Assembly: GCF_963921235.1 (NCBI RefSeq)
Contig: NC_086097.1
Location: 109,308,001-109,372,000 of the forward strand
Origin: Mobula hypostoma
Lineage: Eukaryota
DNA length: 64,000 nucleotides
Direction of reading: 5' to 3'
Numbering within the stretch: position 1 is the first letter of the stretch; each line of letters starts with the position of its first letter. The notes beneath the pieces are model-generated. The model did no database searches. It was not told the origin of the DNA and saw only the letters and a program-made list of their open reading frames with translations. Positions 61,265 through 64,000 of this stretch are shown here, piece by piece. Position numbers and translations under genes: made by a program.

Positions 61265-63125
61265 GTTGTATTCCCACATGGATCTCAGCCTTCTCCATTC
61301 CCAGGGTGTGACGGAACTTAAGATGGACGAACAGTACCCGATGTTCCAACTGGACAGCCCTTGGTATGGTCACTGACTTTTTCAATTTCAGGTGATCCAT
61401 TTCCTGTGCTCCTTTCCCACTCCTTCCCATCCACCGAGGATCTCTCTCCCTTTGTTTACCTTTCTGTCATGGTCGGGTCCGTGAAGTCCGCATTATGATT
61501 TACGGTCTGGTCCGTGGACTCAGGACTCCGGGTCTTCCAGCTGTCCCTCGTTTGGTTGAGTTAATCATAGACACCTGATTCCCATCTTTGGGCTTGGAAT
61601 ATAAGTAGCCTTGAGGTTGAGTGTGGGCTGTTGGTTTGTCTTGTTAAGATCCCCTAGGAATAACCTGCCCCTGGGAAGGCTAGAGCAGCCAATTGCCATC
61701 TTTAGGCTGCATTGGGGAGCCATTCCCTCATGGAGCCTTGCTGTCAGTAGTCGGAAGCTGTCTTTGCGGTATGAATTCGGCTGTTTCCTGGGCCAGCTGA
61801 GTGGCTGCCAGCTACTCTGAGGTAGGTAGGGATCTGGCTGTTTCCGTAGCCAGCTGAGGTTGCACCCTGAACTGAGACTCGGAGCTACCCTGGAGCAGAG
61901 ATGGAACTGATTGTTGTTCTTTGGTGTTGTCTCTTCTTGTCCTTGCCTCTGTGGGGTAAGCCAGGCTGTTCTGCTGTTGCCCTGTGGGGATCTGTCCTGT
62001 CTTGTCTTGCCCTTGCCTCTGTGGGATAAGTCAGGCTGTTCTACTGTTGCCCTGCAGGGGGTCTTGTCTTGTCTTGTCCTTGCCTCTGTTGAGTAAGTCT
62101 GGCCGTTCTGCCGTTACCTGATGGAGGGACCTGTCCCACCTTGGTATAGAGATGAAGTTGAGTCCCGGCTTGTCTTAGGATAAGTCCTGGCTCAATGTCA
62201 ATCTTCTGTCCTGTCTCATGTTAGCGTTGTGTTAAAGATGAGTCCGGGCTTGTCAAAGGATAAGTCCTGGCTCTATGTTAATGTTCAATTCCCAGTCTCT
62301 CTGTGAGCTCCAAGAGCCCAAGCCCCGAGGATCCCGCAGCTAGGCTGCAGCCAGGCCCTCGCCCCGAGGCCCCAGGCTGCAGCTAAGTTCAAGAGCCAGG
62401 ACCCCAGCCTGCCTCCAAGCTCAGGCCTCTAGGACCCTGCCCCGTCCTGTCTGGAAGCCATGTCATGTCCTTGCCTGATTTTGGGTTCCGAGGCAAGACC
62501 CAGGTTCTGGGTTCTTGTTCAGTCTCGGGCTCGGAGTCCAAGCCTTGTCTCCTCGTCCATGGTTCCTAGTCCTGGTCTCGCTTTCCCTAGCCCAATTCTG
62601 CATTCTTGTCCCTGCTCCTTGCCTGTACCCTGTCACGTCCCTACTCTCGTCAAGTCCTGTTCCTTGTACTTCAGTGTCTGTGTCTTGCATTTGGGTCCAT
62701 TCCCAATGCCCCATTGTGACACTTTCCACTTTGCCTATCACACACATACCTACAGGGGTTTCTTCTGCTTCAGCTTACCCTCTCTTCCATCCCTCCCATG
62801 GTTCCATCTGCCCATCATCACTAATTTAATTTCACATCAACTTCCAGCCTCCCTCCCATCCCCACCTGTCCTGTGATTATTATTTTCTCTTACCTATCAC
62901 TCACCAGCCTCTGTCTCCAAATTCCCTTGTTGCTCTTTCCCATCTTCCTGCTTTCACCTACTCATGATCTCCCAGCTCCCTGGTTCCAGCCCTAGCCTCA
63001 CCCCTTCATACCAGATCTCTTGCGTCTCCACTTTCAGCCCTGATGGCATGGGCTGAAATGTTAATAACCCTTTGCCTCCACAAATGCTGTTTGATCTGCT
63101 GAGTACTTCCAGCTGTTTTTTCTTA
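61265..63125 (+). mobile_element. Old Penelope-like fragment split by a solo LTR
   Basis: Degenerate GIY-YIG C-terminus at 61265-61400, pyrimidine tract resuming at 62722, decayed terminus near 63030-63120. Confidence 0.6.
61465..62721 (+). mobile_element. Solo LTR (1257 bp), Gypsy-like
   Basis: TGTCA...TGACA ends, 5-bp TSD CTTTC (61460-61464, 62722-62726), TATAAGTA near 61600, about three ~68-bp internal repeats at 61925-62120. Confidence 0.9.
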
Positions 63126-63204
63126 TTTGCTCCCATACTATACTTAATGTCTTCATGAATATATTTAATGTTTTGGTCTCAACTGTCTTCCAGACCCAGC
63201 TGTA

Positions 63205-63335
63205 TTTGGTTTCTTCCCCCTTCCTTTGCAGTCCTGATGAAGGATCTTGGCTCAAAACATCAACTCTTTATTCCTTTCCATGGATGCTGCCTGACCTGCT
63301 GAATTCCTCCAACATTTTGTGTGTGTTGTTCTGAT
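63205..63335 (+). mobile_element. Penelope-like terminus with decayed hammerhead
   Basis: CAGTCCTGATGAAGGATCTTGGCTCAAAACATCAAC followed by the family tail. Confidence 0.8.
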
Positions 63336-63349
63336 TTTTATTTTGTCTT

Positions 63350-64000
63350 TCAATAAATCTCACACCTAGCCTTGGCATCTATTTAAAACAAAAGTAACAC
63401 TTGCTGTTTGTTCACTGTTATCAAATCACTCAGCTAGAATCTGTCTGATGTGATTGACCCTGACACATCTGGAACTTGCTTGATATAATTTAATCAGATC
63501 CAGGTGTTAATTTTCTCTTATTACTGAAAGTGTGACAATTGATGTTATTCTGTACATTATTAATAAATTTCACAGCTGGGATTTGATCATTCTTGATAAA
63601 GCACAAATTGGAGAATTGTTGAATGTTAATAAAACACACAAGTTTGGAATTTATCTTACCTTAGTGAATATAACACATGGTACATATCCAGAAACACTTT
63701 TCACTCTAAACTTTGCATATTCAGTTTTCTCCACTGCTAATAAATCTCATATGTGGAATTTGCACGCTGTTAGAAAATCTCAAACCTAGTCCTTTTTTAA
63801 TTGATACTCACACATTGGAGATTTGTTCAGTGTTATTACCCTGCACATCTGGAAGTCATCTGACCTTAATAAATATAATGCATGTTCAGATACATTTGCT
63901 CACTATCAAGAAACCCCACAGATTCAAATATTCAGTGTTAGTAAATCTCAAACCTATATCTGTAACATCTTTATTGTTAATAAAGTTCACACCCTTGATT
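63350..64000. repeat. Diverged 33-bp tandem array, block 5, running off the window end
   Basis: AATAAATCTCACACCT at 63352; full unit at 63739-63771 with the next unit starting at 63772. Confidence 0.8.

Noticed and set aside
43960..64000. 33-bp array as CRISPR, RSS array or 11-aa coding repeat
   Set aside because: Units are adjacent and diverged with no unique spacers or cas genes; CACTGTT and the nonamer-like GGGATTTGT are not at 12/23 spacing; frequent indels and stops break the NKSHTWDLFTV frame.

Overview
Eukaryotic, vertebrate-type, repeat-dominated DNA. The mix of very abundant CR1 LINEs, Rex/Babar LINEs, V-SINEs and Penelope-like remnants suggests a cartilaginous fish, possibly a ray (inference). 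No complete host gene is visible. Nearly all ORFs in the track are transposon fragments or their antisense shadows; one plausible terminal coding exon lies on the minus strand at 23706-23776. The window holds about 18 CR1 pieces, 6 Rex/Babar pieces, a 5'-inverted L1, a HERO-like RLE retrotransposon, 2 Tigger/pogo elements, a deleted Gypsy element, 3 solo or partial LTRs, several SINEs and about 9 Penelope-like (PLE) fragments, often nested 3-4 deep. The most interesting signals are: (i) minimal hammerhead ribozyme motifs in the PLE termini, including one intact copy and a 140-bp hammerhead-only insertion with an 11-bp TSD; (ii) a densely paired, pseudoknotted HERO 3' UTR carrying hammerhead-like core motifs in a non-canonical order; (iii) an old 33-bp hairpin/AATAAA tandem array broken across 44-64 kb by later insertions; (iv) a twin-priming L1 inversion. 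Boundaries of degenerate elements are approximate unless a TSD or TIR is quoted.
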